Assembly: GCA_964589215.1 (NCBI GenBank)
Contig: CAZPUH010000492.1
Span: 10,221 to 74,220, forward strand
Reading direction: 5' to 3'
Length of the DNA stretch: 64,000 nucleotides
Source of the DNA: an uncultured Myxococcales bacterium
GTDB taxonomy: Bacteria; Myxococcota_A; Polyangia; Fen-1088
A program made the position numbers and the translations under genes. Each line of letters starts with the position of its first letter. Position 1 is the stretch's first letter. Of the stretch, positions 1-7,649 are shown piece after piece. The notes under the pieces were generated by a model, which saw only the letters and a program-made list of their open reading frames with translations, was not told where the DNA came from and made no database searches.

Positions 1-1049
1 AACCCGTGAGTGTTGCCGTCGATCGGATCGGGGTCGCAGGTGAAGACCGTGGGCGCCTCGTTGTTCCGGAAGAACACGCCCTGGCCGAAGTAGCCGAGCA
101 CCAGCGACTTGTAGTGCACGTAGTTCGGCAGCGACTGGTTGAGGCGCTGGAACTCGTTGTCGCCGAAGACCTGCATCTCGCTCTGCGGGTCGAGGTGCCA
201 GTGATACAGGCCGTCCTCGTGGGTCGGCACGTTGGTCGCGCGCAGCTGCGCGATCACGGTTCGGATGTCGCGCACCGAGAAGGTGTCGGTGGAGTCGATC
301 GAGTCGATGCCGTTGCCGCCGCCCGAGTAGACGATCTGGCTGCACTTGGCCGTCTGCACGACCGCGCGCGCGGCGACGTTGGAGGGCAGGGCCGGCGTGA
401 AGGTGATCACCCCGCCGTGGATCGGGTCACCCGCCACGTCGGGGGAGACCGCCGTGATCAATCCCGTGTAGCCGATCGACGGAATGCTGAACGGAATCGG
501 GTTCGAGGCCGAAACCGGCTGCTGGGAGCCGCCGAACAGGTTCGTGGTGAAGCCCGTGATGTTCACGAGGTGCAGGGTGGTGGCCGTGCTCGACCCGCCG
601 GTGTCCGTCACGGTGTTGCCGGCCACATAGGCGTTGTAGCCCTTGTCCCGGATCACGCGGTTCAGCGACTGGCCGGCCTGCAGGCCCAGCTGGTGGATGT
701 TCCGCATGAACTGCGAGGCGATCTGCAGGTAGCTCGTCGGCATGTTCGTGCTGATCGAGTCGTTCCACTTCTGAGCCGTGGCGCTCCACTGCTCGACGCC
801 CCAGGTCTTGCCCACCGGGTCGACGTTCGCCTGGGCGGGGCGCGTGCGCGGCTTCATGAGGCCGGGCCGCGAGAAGGTCGCCGTGCCGCCCAGGTGGATG
901 CCCCAGAGCTCGCGCATCGCCTCCATCCGGAACAGCAGGTTCGGGTAGAGCGCGTCGCGATACACGCGCTGGAGCGTGTTCTGCTGGATCGTCGCCGCGA
1001 TCGACGGGTTGAAAATTACTTGGAGCGAGCCGTCGGGGAAGTTCGCCAT
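1..1049 (-). CDS. major capsid protein (putative; C-terminus beyond window edge)
   Basis: Own minus-strand translation from ATG 1049: MANFPDGSLQVIFNPSIAATIQQNTLQRVYRDALYPNLLFRMEAMRELWG..., open to position 1 with high GC3. GAGGA lies 8 nt upstream. It directly follows the scaffold-like gene. It is absent from the ORF track because there is no stop in the window. The + ORF 6..1295 is its antisense shadow. Function is from position only. Confidence 0.55.
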   Translation of the reverse strand, partial: MANFPDGSLQVIFNPSIAATIQQNTLQRVYRDALYPNLLFRMEAMRELWGIHLGGTATFSRPGLMKPRTRPAQANVDPVGKTWGVEQWSATAQKWNDSISTNMPTSYLQIASQFMRNIHQLGLQAGQSLNRVIRDKGYNAYVAGNTVTDTGGSSTATTLHLVNITGFTTNLFGGSQQPVSASNPIPFSIPSIGYTGLITAVSPDVAGDPIHGGVITFTPALPSNVAARAVVQTAKCSQIVYSGGGNGIDSIDSTDTFSVRDIRTVIAQLRATNVPTHEDGLYHWHLDPQSEMQVFGDNEFQRLNQSLPNYVHYKSLVLGYFGQGVFFRNNEAPTVFTCDPDPIDGNTHG

Positions 1050-1107
1050 TGTGTCGTGTCCTCGTCGTTCAGCGTCTGGTGGGGCCCAGAATTCCTGGGT
1101 CCATTCG

Positions 1108-1137
1108 ACTGTCGGGCAGGTGACAGTCGCCCGTCAA
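1108..1137 (-). promoter_or_regulatory. class II promoter-like element TTGACG-N18-GACAGT
   Basis: CCCCTCTTGACGG (gene orientation) upstream of the capsid gene. The same TTGACG context recurs at 2625, 4205, 7638 and 51888. The transcript would be leadered, with a GAGGA SD. Confidence 0.35.
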
Positions 1138-1174
1138 GAGGGGCAGCCGGCGCTGAACGACGGGACACGAGCTG

Positions 1175-2026
1175 CTACGGCAGGCCGTTGGCCCGCTTGT
1201 ACTTCGCCCACTCCTCGTCGGAGAGTTCCATCGCGTTGAAGGGCTTCGGCTTGTCTCCGGGCTGCTTCACGGGCGGGGTGGTCTCGCCGGGCTGACGCGA
1301 GGCGGGCGGCGCGGTGGTGGGGCTGATCGGAACGACGGCCGGTGGCTGCTGGCCGATCATGGGGTGCTGGGCGCGGATGTAGGCAAAGACGGCCGCTCCG
1401 TCGACCTCCGGCTCACGCTGAAACGCCGCCTTCACCTCTGGCGCCACACCATCGGGGTTCGCGCTGAACGCCGCGAAGAGATTGCCGTACTCCGCCATCG
1501 CGAAGTCGACGTAGCGGTCGAGGACGCCGGCGGTCTTGGCCTCCATCCGCATCTCCATGCGGGTGGACTCGCGGACCTGGCGGCGCTTCAACTTCGTGAT
1601 CCGGCGGTTCTGCTTCGCGATCCGCGCGTCCCGCTCGGCGATTGCGGCATCTCGTGCGGCGATCTCGTCCAGCAGCTTCTTCTCCTTGCTGCCTGGCGCC
1701 TGGGGCTGGGTCGGCTGACCGGGGGCGGGCGCCGCGCCGGCGGCTGCCTTCTCGGCCAGGAGCTTCTTCACCTGCTCGAGGGTGACGTCCGCCCCGAGTT
1801 CCTTCCGGAGGATGCGTGACGCCTCCTGGCGGATCCGCTTCATCTCGGCGGGCCCGAAGGGCTTCGGCGTCGCCGCCTGCTGCTGGGCTGGCCTTCGCGC
1901 GGCCGGCGGCGTCGCCGGCGCCCCGGCGGGCGGCGCTCCCGCTGCGGGCGTTCCGCCCGTGCCGGGGTCCGTGTTGCCGCCCTCGCCCCCTGCCGGCGCG
2001 CCCGCGCCTGGATCTGCATCGCCCAT
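1175..2026 (-). CDS. scaffolding protein (putative)
   Basis: 283 aa. A/P/G-rich N-terminus, then a charged helical core (AARDAAIAERDARIAKQNRRITKLKRRQ). GGAG lies 8 nt upstream of ATG 2026. It sits immediately upstream of the capsid gene. Confidence 0.5.
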   Translation of the reverse strand: MGDADPGAGAPAGGEGGNTDPGTGGTPAAGAPPAGAPATPPAARRPAQQQAATPKPFGPAEMKRIRQEASRILRKELGADVTLEQVKKLLAEKAAAGAAPAPGQPTQPQAPGSKEKKLLDEIAARDAAIAERDARIAKQNRRITKLKRRQVRESTRMEMRMEAKTAGVLDRYVDFAMAEYGNLFAAFSANPDGVAPEVKAAFQREPEVDGAAVFAYIRAQHPMIGQQPPAVVPISPTTAPPASRQPGETTPPVKQPGDKPKPFNAMELSDEEWAKYKRANGLP

Positions 2027-2145
2027 GATCGATCTCCGTACCCGCCGCGTCTCAGCCCGGTGGTGCTGCCGCTCGCTCCGGATGTCGATTCGCGCGCCGG
2101 CCCCGGTGCGAGCGGGTCAGCCGGCCGGCGCGCGTCGAAGACCGC

Positions 2146-2565
2146 CTACGGCGCGCTGCGGATGCCGGGCGAGCGCTGAAGGACACCTGCCGTCGTGTCG
2201 GTGTCCTTCAGGTACAGGAAGCTCGCCGCCGTCACGGCGTCGGCGCTGTTGAACAGCACCTTCACGCCGCCGTCCCAGACACACACGCCCGCGGGCGGGA
2301 TGATGGCCTGGGCGCCGGTGATCGGCCCGATGATGACCTCCTTCTCGTGCACGGTGCCGGTTTCGGCCGTCGCCAGCGCGCGCAGCAGACCGAGCGAGCT
2401 CGGCTGGTTGGCCAACGTCGCCACGTTGGACGACGGAACCACGCCGGTCTCGGTGAAGGCCAGCCCCTTGATCAACGCGTTCAGGAGGCCCCCGAAGGGC
2501 ATCTCCCGCAGCAGGTCGAAAGTGCTGTTCGGGGGAACGGTGTCCAACTGGGTGCGGATGCTCAT
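2146..2565 (-). CDS. hypothetical head-module protein
   Basis: 139 aa, MSIRTQLDTVPPNSTF...; GGAG SD; high GC3. Confidence 0.6.
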   Translation of the reverse strand: MSIRTQLDTVPPNSTFDLLREMPFGGLLNALIKGLAFTETGVVPSSNVATLANQPSSLGLLRALATAETGTVHEKEVIIGPITGAQAIIPPAGVCVWDGGVKVLFNSADAVTAASFLYLKDTDTTAGVLQRSPGIRSAP

Positions 2566-2600
2566 CGCGATCTCCTGATCGGGTGGTGGTGCCCGAAACG

Positions 2601-2630
2601 ATTCAACGCGCCCGCGACCCCACCCGTCAA
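2601..2630 (-). promoter_or_regulatory. class II promoter-like element TTGACG-N18-TTGAAT
   Basis: GCCCTCTTGACGG context between 2644..3048 and 2146..2565. Leadered, with an SD downstream. Confidence 0.35.
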
Positions 2631-2643
2631 GAGGGCGGAGCGA

Positions 2644-3048
2644 TCAGGACACGTCGCCGAAGACCGCGTAGGCGATGTCGCACGCCTGGCTGCCCGTCGA
2701 GATCGACATCGACAGCACCTCGTCGCCGGGGTTGCGCACGCGCAGCAAGAACTGATCGGAGACCGGGATCGTGGCGGTGCCGAGCGCGGTCACGATGTTC
2801 AGCTTGAACGTGGCGCCAGCCAGCAACTTGAAGGCGATCACGCGCGCCTTGGTCACCGTGCCGAACGGCACCGCGTAGGGTGACACGTCGCTCGACACGA
2901 GGTTGGACAGCGTCCCGTCCTGCTGGCCCGTGTAGGTGTCGCAGAAGGCGATCGGCAGGACTTCGGTCAGCCCGCAGGAATAGAGCCCGGACGCGGCGGG
3001 ACCGCCGACCAGGACCCCCTGGAGCTGAACGCCGATCGCCTGAGACAC
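2644..3048 (-). CDS. hypothetical protein, paralog of 52119..52508
   Basis: 134 aa. The C-terminal IPVSDQFLLRVRNPGDEVLSMSI aligns with IPVSDLLLIRAQNAGDQLTAIKI of 52119..52508. Confidence 0.65.
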   Translation of the reverse strand: MSQAIGVQLQGVLVGGPAASGLYSCGLTEVLPIAFCDTYTGQQDGTLSNLVSSDVSPYAVPFGTVTKARVIAFKLLAGATFKLNIVTALGTATIPVSDQFLLRVRNPGDEVLSMSISTGSQACDIAYAVFGDVS

Positions 3049-3055
3049 CGCGGTG

Positions 3056-3226
3056 TCAGCCGGCGCCGGTGCCGCCGTCGTTCAGGTTCTTGAACGGCGT
3101 GGGTGTCTCGCGCACGGGATTCTGACCGGTTCCCCAGGCGTCCTCGTCGGACAGCTTCGGGGGAGCCGACCCCTTGGCGATCTCTTCGTCGTGCTTCGCG
3201 TTCGGGTTCTCGCCGTCGGTCGCCAT
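3056..3226 (-). CDS. small PxPFK-motif protein a
   Basis: Own translation, 56 aa: MATDGENPNAKHDEEIAKGSAPPKLSDEDAWGTGQNPVRETPTPFKNLNDGGTGAG. GGAGA SD. Below the track size cutoff. Confidence 0.5.
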   Translation of the reverse strand: MATDGENPNAKHDEEIAKGSAPPKLSDEDAWGTGQNPVRETPTPFKNLNDGGTGAG

Positions 3227-3235
3227 CTTGGTCTC

Positions 3236-3394
3236 CTACTCGCCGCTGCCGGTGTTCGTGATCTTGAAGGGCACCGGCTCCGCCTGATGCTCCTTGTCCG
3301 ACTTGATGTCCGCGAGCCGCGGATCCTCGCCGCGCGCGCGCTGCTGGTCATACGCCGCGTTCGGGTCTTGCCCCTTGCCGCCGTCGGTGTCCAC
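3236..3394 (-). CDS. small PxPFK-motif protein b
   Basis: Own translation, 52 aa, GTG start: VDTDGGKGQDPNAAYDQQRARGEDPRLADIKSDKEHQAEPVPFKITNTGSGE. GGGAGG SD. Confidence 0.5.
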   Translation of the reverse strand: MDTDGGKGQDPNAAYDQQRARGEDPRLADIKSDKEHQAEPVPFKITNTGSGE

Positions 3395-3395
3395 G

Positions 3396-3584
3396 TCAGC
3401 CTCCCTGGCTGCCGACCTTGAAGGGGGCAGGCCCCTCGCTGGTCGAGTTGGTGGGGTTCGCGCGGTAGTCCTGCTCCCGCGGCTGCTGGCACTGCGGCGG
3501 CAGTCCCTCGGGGACGCTGCGCGCCTCCCGGAACTTTCCGGCCTCGGTGCCGATGCTGATGGCCTGCTCTCGTGGACTGGGCAT
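3396..3584 (-). CDS. small PxPFK-motif protein c
   Basis: 62 aa, MPSPREQAISIGTEAGKF...EGPAPFKVGSQGG. AGGAGG SD. This is the 3' part of track ORF 3396..3734. Confidence 0.55.
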   Translation of the reverse strand: MPSPREQAISIGTEAGKFREARSVPEGLPPQCQQPREQDYRANPTNSTSEGPAPFKVGSQGG

Positions 3585-3597
3585 GCTGCGCCTCCTG

Positions 3598-3780
3598 TCA
3601 GGGCGTGGGCGTGATTCGAAAGGGCTCGTCGTCGCGGACGGGGTTCTCCTCCGAGCCGTCTTCCAACCCGCCCGAGTTCCGCCGCTGCTCCTCGAGCAGC
3701 CGCGAATTGCGCCCGAGGCCGGGGCTCGTCTCATCGAGCCAGGGCATCGGGTTTTCTCCGGGCGCGTTGTTGATCGGCAC
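3598..3780 (-). CDS. small PF[KR]-motif protein d
   Basis: 60-aa track ORF ending ...NPVRDDEPFRITPTP. GTG start, 6 nt after the upstream stop. Confidence 0.45.
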   Translation of the reverse strand: MPINNAPGENPMPWLDETSPGLGRNSRLLEEQRRNSGGLEDGSEENPVRDDEPFRITPTP

Positions 3781-3786
3781 GACGGT

Positions 3787-4173
3787 TCAGTCCTCGTCCT
3801 CTTCGTCGTCCTCTTCCTCGTCGTCCTCGTCCTCTTCCTCGGCCGCCTCTTCGTGATCTTCCTCGTGCTCGTCGAGAAGATCTTCGATCTCGTCGGCCGA
3901 CTTCTCGAGGCTGTCCTGGAGCTTCTCGAACTTCTTCGTGAAGCTCTTGTCCTCGTCGTCGGGCAGCGTCACGCCCTTGAGCCCCTCGATCGCATCCGCG
4001 GTCTTCTTCAGCGCCGCGCAGGACGCGCACCCGCCATCGCCACCCCCGCCCTCGTCCCCGTCGGGCTCCTCGTGTCCGCCGGTGCCGCCGCTGGTCTGGC
4101 TGCCGCCGTGCGCCTCGTCATCGGCGCCGCCGTCCTTGGTTGCGTTCCGCACGTCGTTGAGCGAGTAGCCCAT
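3787..4173 (-). CDS. extremely acidic protein with poly-D/E tail
   Basis: 128 aa from ATG 4173 (MGYSLNDVRNATKDGG...), ending EEEDEDDEEEDDEEDED. Alternative ATG at 4185. Confidence 0.6.
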   Translation of the reverse strand: MGYSLNDVRNATKDGGADDEAHGGSQTSGGTGGHEEPDGDEGGGGDGGCASCAALKKTADAIEGLKGVTLPDDEDKSFTKKFEKLQDSLEKSADEIEDLLDEHEEDHEEAAEEEDEDDEEEDDEEDED

Positions 4174-4180
4174 GCGCGCC

Positions 4181-4210
4181 AGCATGCGGCCCCGCCAGAG
4201 CACGCGTCAA
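4181..4210 (-). promoter_or_regulatory. class II promoter-like element TTGACG-N18-CATGCT, 7 nt before ATG 4173
   Basis: GCCCCCTTGACGC context. The spacing implies a leaderless start at 4173. Confidence 0.35.
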
Positions 4211-4378
4211 GGGGGCGAACTCCGCGCCGGTAATCCGCCGGCGCTCGGACCCCTGCACGGAACGCCACGCCAGGGTGGGCGGGGGATGTGTCCGGCGCTG
4301 ATCAGCCGAGCAGGAACCAGCGCCCCGCCTGCGGCTGGGTGACCGTGCATCCCAGGTCCGCCGACGGATGTCGTTTAC

Positions 4379-4389
4379 GATTCTACGCG
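4379..4389 (-). promoter_or_regulatory. class I motif variant (CGCGTAGAATC)
   Basis: One mismatch to the 11-mer. Its TAG is the stop codon of 4383..4607. No start codon lies within 10 nt downstream. Confidence 0.35.
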
Positions 4390-4607
4390 CCAGGAGATGC
4401 CGGCGACCACCACTCGACATCGTCTCTCGTCGCAACGAACCTGCAGCCGCGCGGCATCAGCGCCCGCGCGCCATCTGGTCCGGTGGTGAGCATTCGCGCG
4501 CGGCTCGGTCTCAGCGCGACATCGAAGCCCACGGTGCGCCACCCCCATGATCTGGTTTCCCAAAACCCATCTCGGCGGCGCCGGATGGTCCAGAACGACG
4601 GCGTCAT
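4383..4607 (-). CDS. hypothetical Trp/Arg-rich small protein
   Basis: 74 aa, MTPSFWTIRRRRDGFWETRSWGW... ATGA overlap with the upstream stop at 4604. GC3 is high. Confidence 0.45.
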   Translation of the reverse strand: MTPSFWTIRRRRDGFWETRSWGWRTVGFDVALRPSRARMLTTGPDGARALMPRGCRFVATRDDVEWWSPASPGA

Positions 4608-5239
4608 GCCGGCGCTGGATTGATCAGCGCCAGAATGGCGCCCGCGGCCTGAGCCCGTGTCGCGATCGCCGATGGCGACTGGTCGCCGCCGTTCGCCGCC
4701 CGGGCCAAGTCGACGCAATAGCGCACCAGGTCGACCATCGCGATCTCAATCAGATGCTGCGTTCCGCCCGCCGTGTAGGCGCGCGCGGAGAGCTCGCGCA
4801 GGAAGCGCGCGCGCGGACCCAGCGGACTGCCATTCCGCGCCTCTGCGCCGGGCCGAGCGAAATCCTCGACCTTCCAGGCGACCTGGATGCCGTACCGGGC
4901 ATAGATCACGGTCTTGATGGCCTCCAGCTTCCGTCCGTCGTACACCGCCGACGTGGACGCCATGGTGCTCTGCGACCCCTCCGGGCGCTTCACCTCCACC
5001 AGCTTGGTTTCGGCGTTGAACGACCAGACGATGTCGCGCGGCTCTGTCATCCAGCCCGCGTCGTAGGACAGCAGGCAAACGAAGGCCCGCAGATCAGGAT
5101 CGGCCTTCCAATCTTTCTCCGGCTCGGCGGGCGCCGCTGGGGTGGCACCCGGCTCGATCAGCGCGGCGGCGCGGCCCGTCGGCGCGGGCTCGTCGGTCAG
5201 CGGGGGTCGAAACTTGCCGCGTTTCTTCGGCACGGTCAC
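4604..5239 (-). CDS. hypothetical protein
   Basis: 211 aa from GTG 5239, with a GTGA overlap on the upstream stop at 5236. The 5' part of the track ORF overlaps the previous gene. Confidence 0.55.
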   Translation of the reverse strand: MTVPKKRGKFRPPLTDEPAPTGRAAALIEPGATPAAPAEPEKDWKADPDLRAFVCLLSYDAGWMTEPRDIVWSFNAETKLVEVKRPEGSQSTMASTSAVYDGRKLEAIKTVIYARYGIQVAWKVEDFARPGAEARNGSPLGPRARFLRELSARAYTAGGTQHLIEIAMVDLVRYCVDLARAANGGDQSPSAIATRAQAAGAILALINPAPA

Positions 5240-5577
5240 GAGGTGCCTCGAAAGCCTGCCCGGATGATTCGATTGATCGATTCGCCCGCTGCGTAGCCCA
5301 TCGCGCGCATGTGGGCTTTCGCCGCCTCGTTCGCATCGCGCGTCTTCGCTACCAGGTTGTTCACGACGAGAGGATCGGCACCATCGAGAATCGCCTGGGC
5401 CCGGAACGCCTCGAGCTCCGGCACGAAGTCCGCCGGCAACGGTCCCGGACCGATCCACGTCAGGGACGCGTGCCAGCGGTCGAGTCCTTTCAGATCTCGC
5501 CAGGCAACACAGGCCGCGGTGATGTCGTCGAAGACGCGCTCCTCCTGCGCGTAGCCGTAAATCAGCTTCCAGGCCAT
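5236..5577 (-). CDS. hypothetical protein
   Basis: 113 aa, MAWKLIYGYAQEE... The class I motif ends 7 nt upstream of the ATG. Confidence 0.65.
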   Translation of the reverse strand: MAWKLIYGYAQEERVFDDITAACVAWRDLKGLDRWHASLTWIGPGPLPADFVPELEAFRAQAILDGADPLVVNNLVAKTRDANEAAKAHMRAMGYAAGESINRIIRAGFRGTS

Positions 5578-5583
5578 GTCCGA

Positions 5584-5594
5584 GATACTACGCG
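5584..5594 (-). promoter_or_regulatory. class I promoter-like motif CGCGTAGTATC
   Basis: Exact 11-mer. TAGTAT ends 7 nt before ATG 5577. Its TAG is the stop codon of 5588..6529. Confidence 0.6.
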
Positions 5595-6529
5595 CCCAGC
5601 CCGGCCGTGGTCGGCTTGACCTCGCCGCCGCTCGCCACGGTCGCCGGCGCCCCCCATTCCGGCAGCCAGCTGACCATCACCTCGCGGTCGTGCGGACGGT
5701 TTGGCGGGTGCATGTACTCGACCGTTCGCACCACCTCGCCGGCGGCGTTCTTCACCTGCCAGATGAACGGCGCCAGGACGTCGACGGTCTGCCCGTCCAG
5801 ATCCTTCGAGTCGTCCCCCTCGCGCACGTCTCTGGTGGCGACCAGCCGTTTCATCAGCCGCGGCGTGGCGCGCCGTTTGAAATCGACCATCCCTCGCTGG
5901 GCGGCCGCGTTGGTGGCGTAGCTCATTTCGGTTCTGACGATGCGCTCCGCCCGCCAGCGCTGCCCCTCGAACAGGCCGTGCAGTGGGTTGGGATCGAGCA
6001 GGCGATCCACGGCCTCGTCCACGGTCTCGGCCTGCACCATCGACTGCGCGAGCCCGTTCCGGATCGCGTTCAGCGCCTGGGGCCCGTAGAGCTTGGAGCT
6101 GCGCCTGAAGCGATCGAGCAGGGTGGGCGCGATCTCCGGATAGACGCCGCGCACCACCGCCAGCTGGGTCGCCTGGATCACCGGCGTCATGCGGCCCATC
6201 GCACCCTCGACCTTGCCGATCATGTGCGCGACCTGGCGGGCGCCGGTGTTGGCGGCGAGCTCGCCCGTCTGTTCGATGTGCCGCCGGAGCGGTTCCTCCA
6301 TGTCCTTGATCGCGCTCGTCACCTGGGCCAGCACCGCCCGCAAATGCACCACGCTGAAGTTGTCGGCGCCCGCGGTCACCTGCAACAGGCGCAGGCGCTT
6401 GGCCAGCTCCTCGCGCGCCTGAACATAGATCGGCTTGAGCCGGCCCACCGCCCGGACGTCGGTCAGCCCAGCCAGTTGGGCGCGCTGCAAGTCAACAACC
6501 TGGCGGATGAGCGGGAGCGGAGACGGCAC
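5588..6529 (-). CDS. head morphogenesis protein, SPP1 gp7 / Mu F family
   Basis: 313 aa with the family-typical QRWRAERIVRTEMSYATNAA segment. Lies downstream of the portal. GTG start with AGGA upstream. Confidence 0.8.
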   Translation of the reverse strand: MPSPLPLIRQVVDLQRAQLAGLTDVRAVGRLKPIYVQAREELAKRLRLLQVTAGADNFSVVHLRAVLAQVTSAIKDMEEPLRRHIEQTGELAANTGARQVAHMIGKVEGAMGRMTPVIQATQLAVVRGVYPEIAPTLLDRFRRSSKLYGPQALNAIRNGLAQSMVQAETVDEAVDRLLDPNPLHGLFEGQRWRAERIVRTEMSYATNAAAQRGMVDFKRRATPRLMKRLVATRDVREGDDSKDLDGQTVDVLAPFIWQVKNAAGEVVRTVEYMHPPNRPHDREVMVSWLPEWGAPATVASGGEVKPTTAGLGA

Positions 6530-6538
6530 GCGCCGATC

Positions 6539-6685
6539 CTACATCGGAAGAAGTGCCAGCAGCCGCCGGCCCCTTTCCGTGACTTGGGCTCCGGAGATGC
6601 ACGGGCCTCCTGGAGGGGACGGAGCGCGGCGTCCCGCGCTCACGATGGCCTTTCGGCTCCACCCAATCCGGCTGGCTGCTGGCAC
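6539..6685 (-). CDS. possible 48-aa leaderless ORF, or the 5' UTR of the Mu-F-like gene
   Basis: GTG 6685 lies 7 nt after the TAGTAT of motif 6692..6702. The ORF is open to TAG 6539. Its composition is not convincing. Confidence 0.25.
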   Translation of the reverse strand: MPAASRIGWSRKAIVSAGRRAPSPPGGPCISGAQVTERGRRLLALLPM

Positions 6686-6691
6686 GCCGGA

Positions 6692-6702
6692 GATACTACG
6701 CG
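6692..6702 (-). promoter_or_regulatory. class I promoter-like motif CGCGTAGTATC
   Basis: Exact 11-mer, 7 nt before GTG 6685 and about 160 nt upstream of the Mu-F-like gene. Confidence 0.55.
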
Positions 6703-6712
6703 GCGGCGTTCG

Positions 6713-7606
6713 TTACTGCGCGCGCGGCGTGAATACCGCCCACTTATCCAGGTGGATCTCCTGGTTCGTGCTGCCCGCCGTGATCTCGGCGACCATGCGA
6801 GCCGACGCCGGCCCGTTGTTGAAGTTCGTCAGCGTCGTCATGGTCGGGCCAACCAGCGCACCGTCATAGATCAGCTGCAGCGCCGTGCCGTTGAAGTACA
6901 CGCCGACGTCGTGATACGCGCTGTCGAACGAGACCCCGGTGTCAACGACCGTCGTCGATCCTGCTGCCGCCTCGAGCAGGATGTGCGTCGTGGAGCGCAC
7001 GCCATCGATCATTGCGCCGACGTTCGCCGTCCCGCCCGTGAGCGCGGCGAGCTGGAAGAAGGTGTTGGCGTCCGGGGTAGTGGCGACCTTGACCCGGCTG
7101 ACGATTGCCCAGTGGGTCGTGGTGTCGTTCGCGACGAGAGCGTTCCCGTTGCTGTTGTTCAGGATGGCGACCGCAACGGAGGTAGCGCCGGTCTTGATCT
7201 GCAGCACCCCCCCCGTCTCGGAGGTCAGTACGTTGACCGCGCCCGTCGAGACGATCGTTCCAACCGTTGACGCCAGGGTCTTGGTCGCCAGCTCGTCCTG
7301 AAATGGAATCGAGTCGATAACGGAGTCGGTTCTGTTCAGGAAGGCCAGATACCGGCCGAACCAATCCGCGTATCTCGGCGTCTGCTGCCATTGATTGTTC
7401 CCGGCGCCGTACTTCTCCCACGCCTGCGTGCCAGCTCCATTGAGCACAACGAAGCCAAGCGGCGCAGCCAGACCGCCATCGGCGGTGCTCGGATCGAAAC
7501 TGACGTACTTTTCCGGCGGCGTGACGATGCCGACGCGTGCGTTGTTGCCGCTGCAGGCCGCGATCAGGGCCAGCGAGGCGAGAGTGGCCAGCAGGAGCTT
7601 TTTCAT
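6713..7606 (-). CDS. lipoprotein, beta-rich
   Basis: MKKLLLATLASLALIAAC lipobox. 297 aa from ATG 7606 (track start is 7618). Confidence 0.7.
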   Translation of the reverse strand: MKKLLLATLASLALIAACSGNNARVGIVTPPEKYVSFDPSTADGGLAAPLGFVVLNGAGTQAWEKYGAGNNQWQQTPRYADWFGRYLAFLNRTDSVIDSIPFQDELATKTLASTVGTIVSTGAVNVLTSETGGVLQIKTGATSVAVAILNNSNGNALVANDTTTHWAIVSRVKVATTPDANTFFQLAALTGGTANVGAMIDGVRSTTHILLEAAAGSTTVVDTGVSFDSAYHDVGVYFNGTALQLIYDGALVGPTMTTLTNFNNGPASARMVAEITAGSTNQEIHLDKWAVFTPRAQ

Positions 7607-7613
7607 ACGCAGA

Positions 7614-7643
7614 AGCATCCGCCTGAGCTGGCCCTGCCGTCAA
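7614..7643 (-). promoter_or_regulatory. class II promoter-like element TTGACG-N18-GATGCT, 7 nt before ATG 7606
   Basis: The spacing supports a leaderless MKKLLL start. Confidence 0.4.
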
Positions 7644-7649
7644 CCGGGC

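Noticed and set aside
6-1295. Long + strand ORFs throughout the track (for example 6..1295, 5576..7270, 9940..11136, 17851..19713, 27190..28908, 36658..38034, 45394..46932, 56444..58462).
   Set aside because: They are antisense shadows of minus-strand genes in high-GC DNA. Their translations are R/G/A/P/H-rich low-complexity strings with no recognisable motifs, while the opposite strand carries motif-bearing proteins and the GC3 bias.
2093-2132. GC-rich inverted repeat CGCGCCGGCC-N20-GGCCGGCGCG between 2146..2565 and the scaffold gene.
   Set aside because: The loop is 20 nt and there is no U-run on either strand. I cannot call it a terminator, and it may be incidental in GC-rich DNA.
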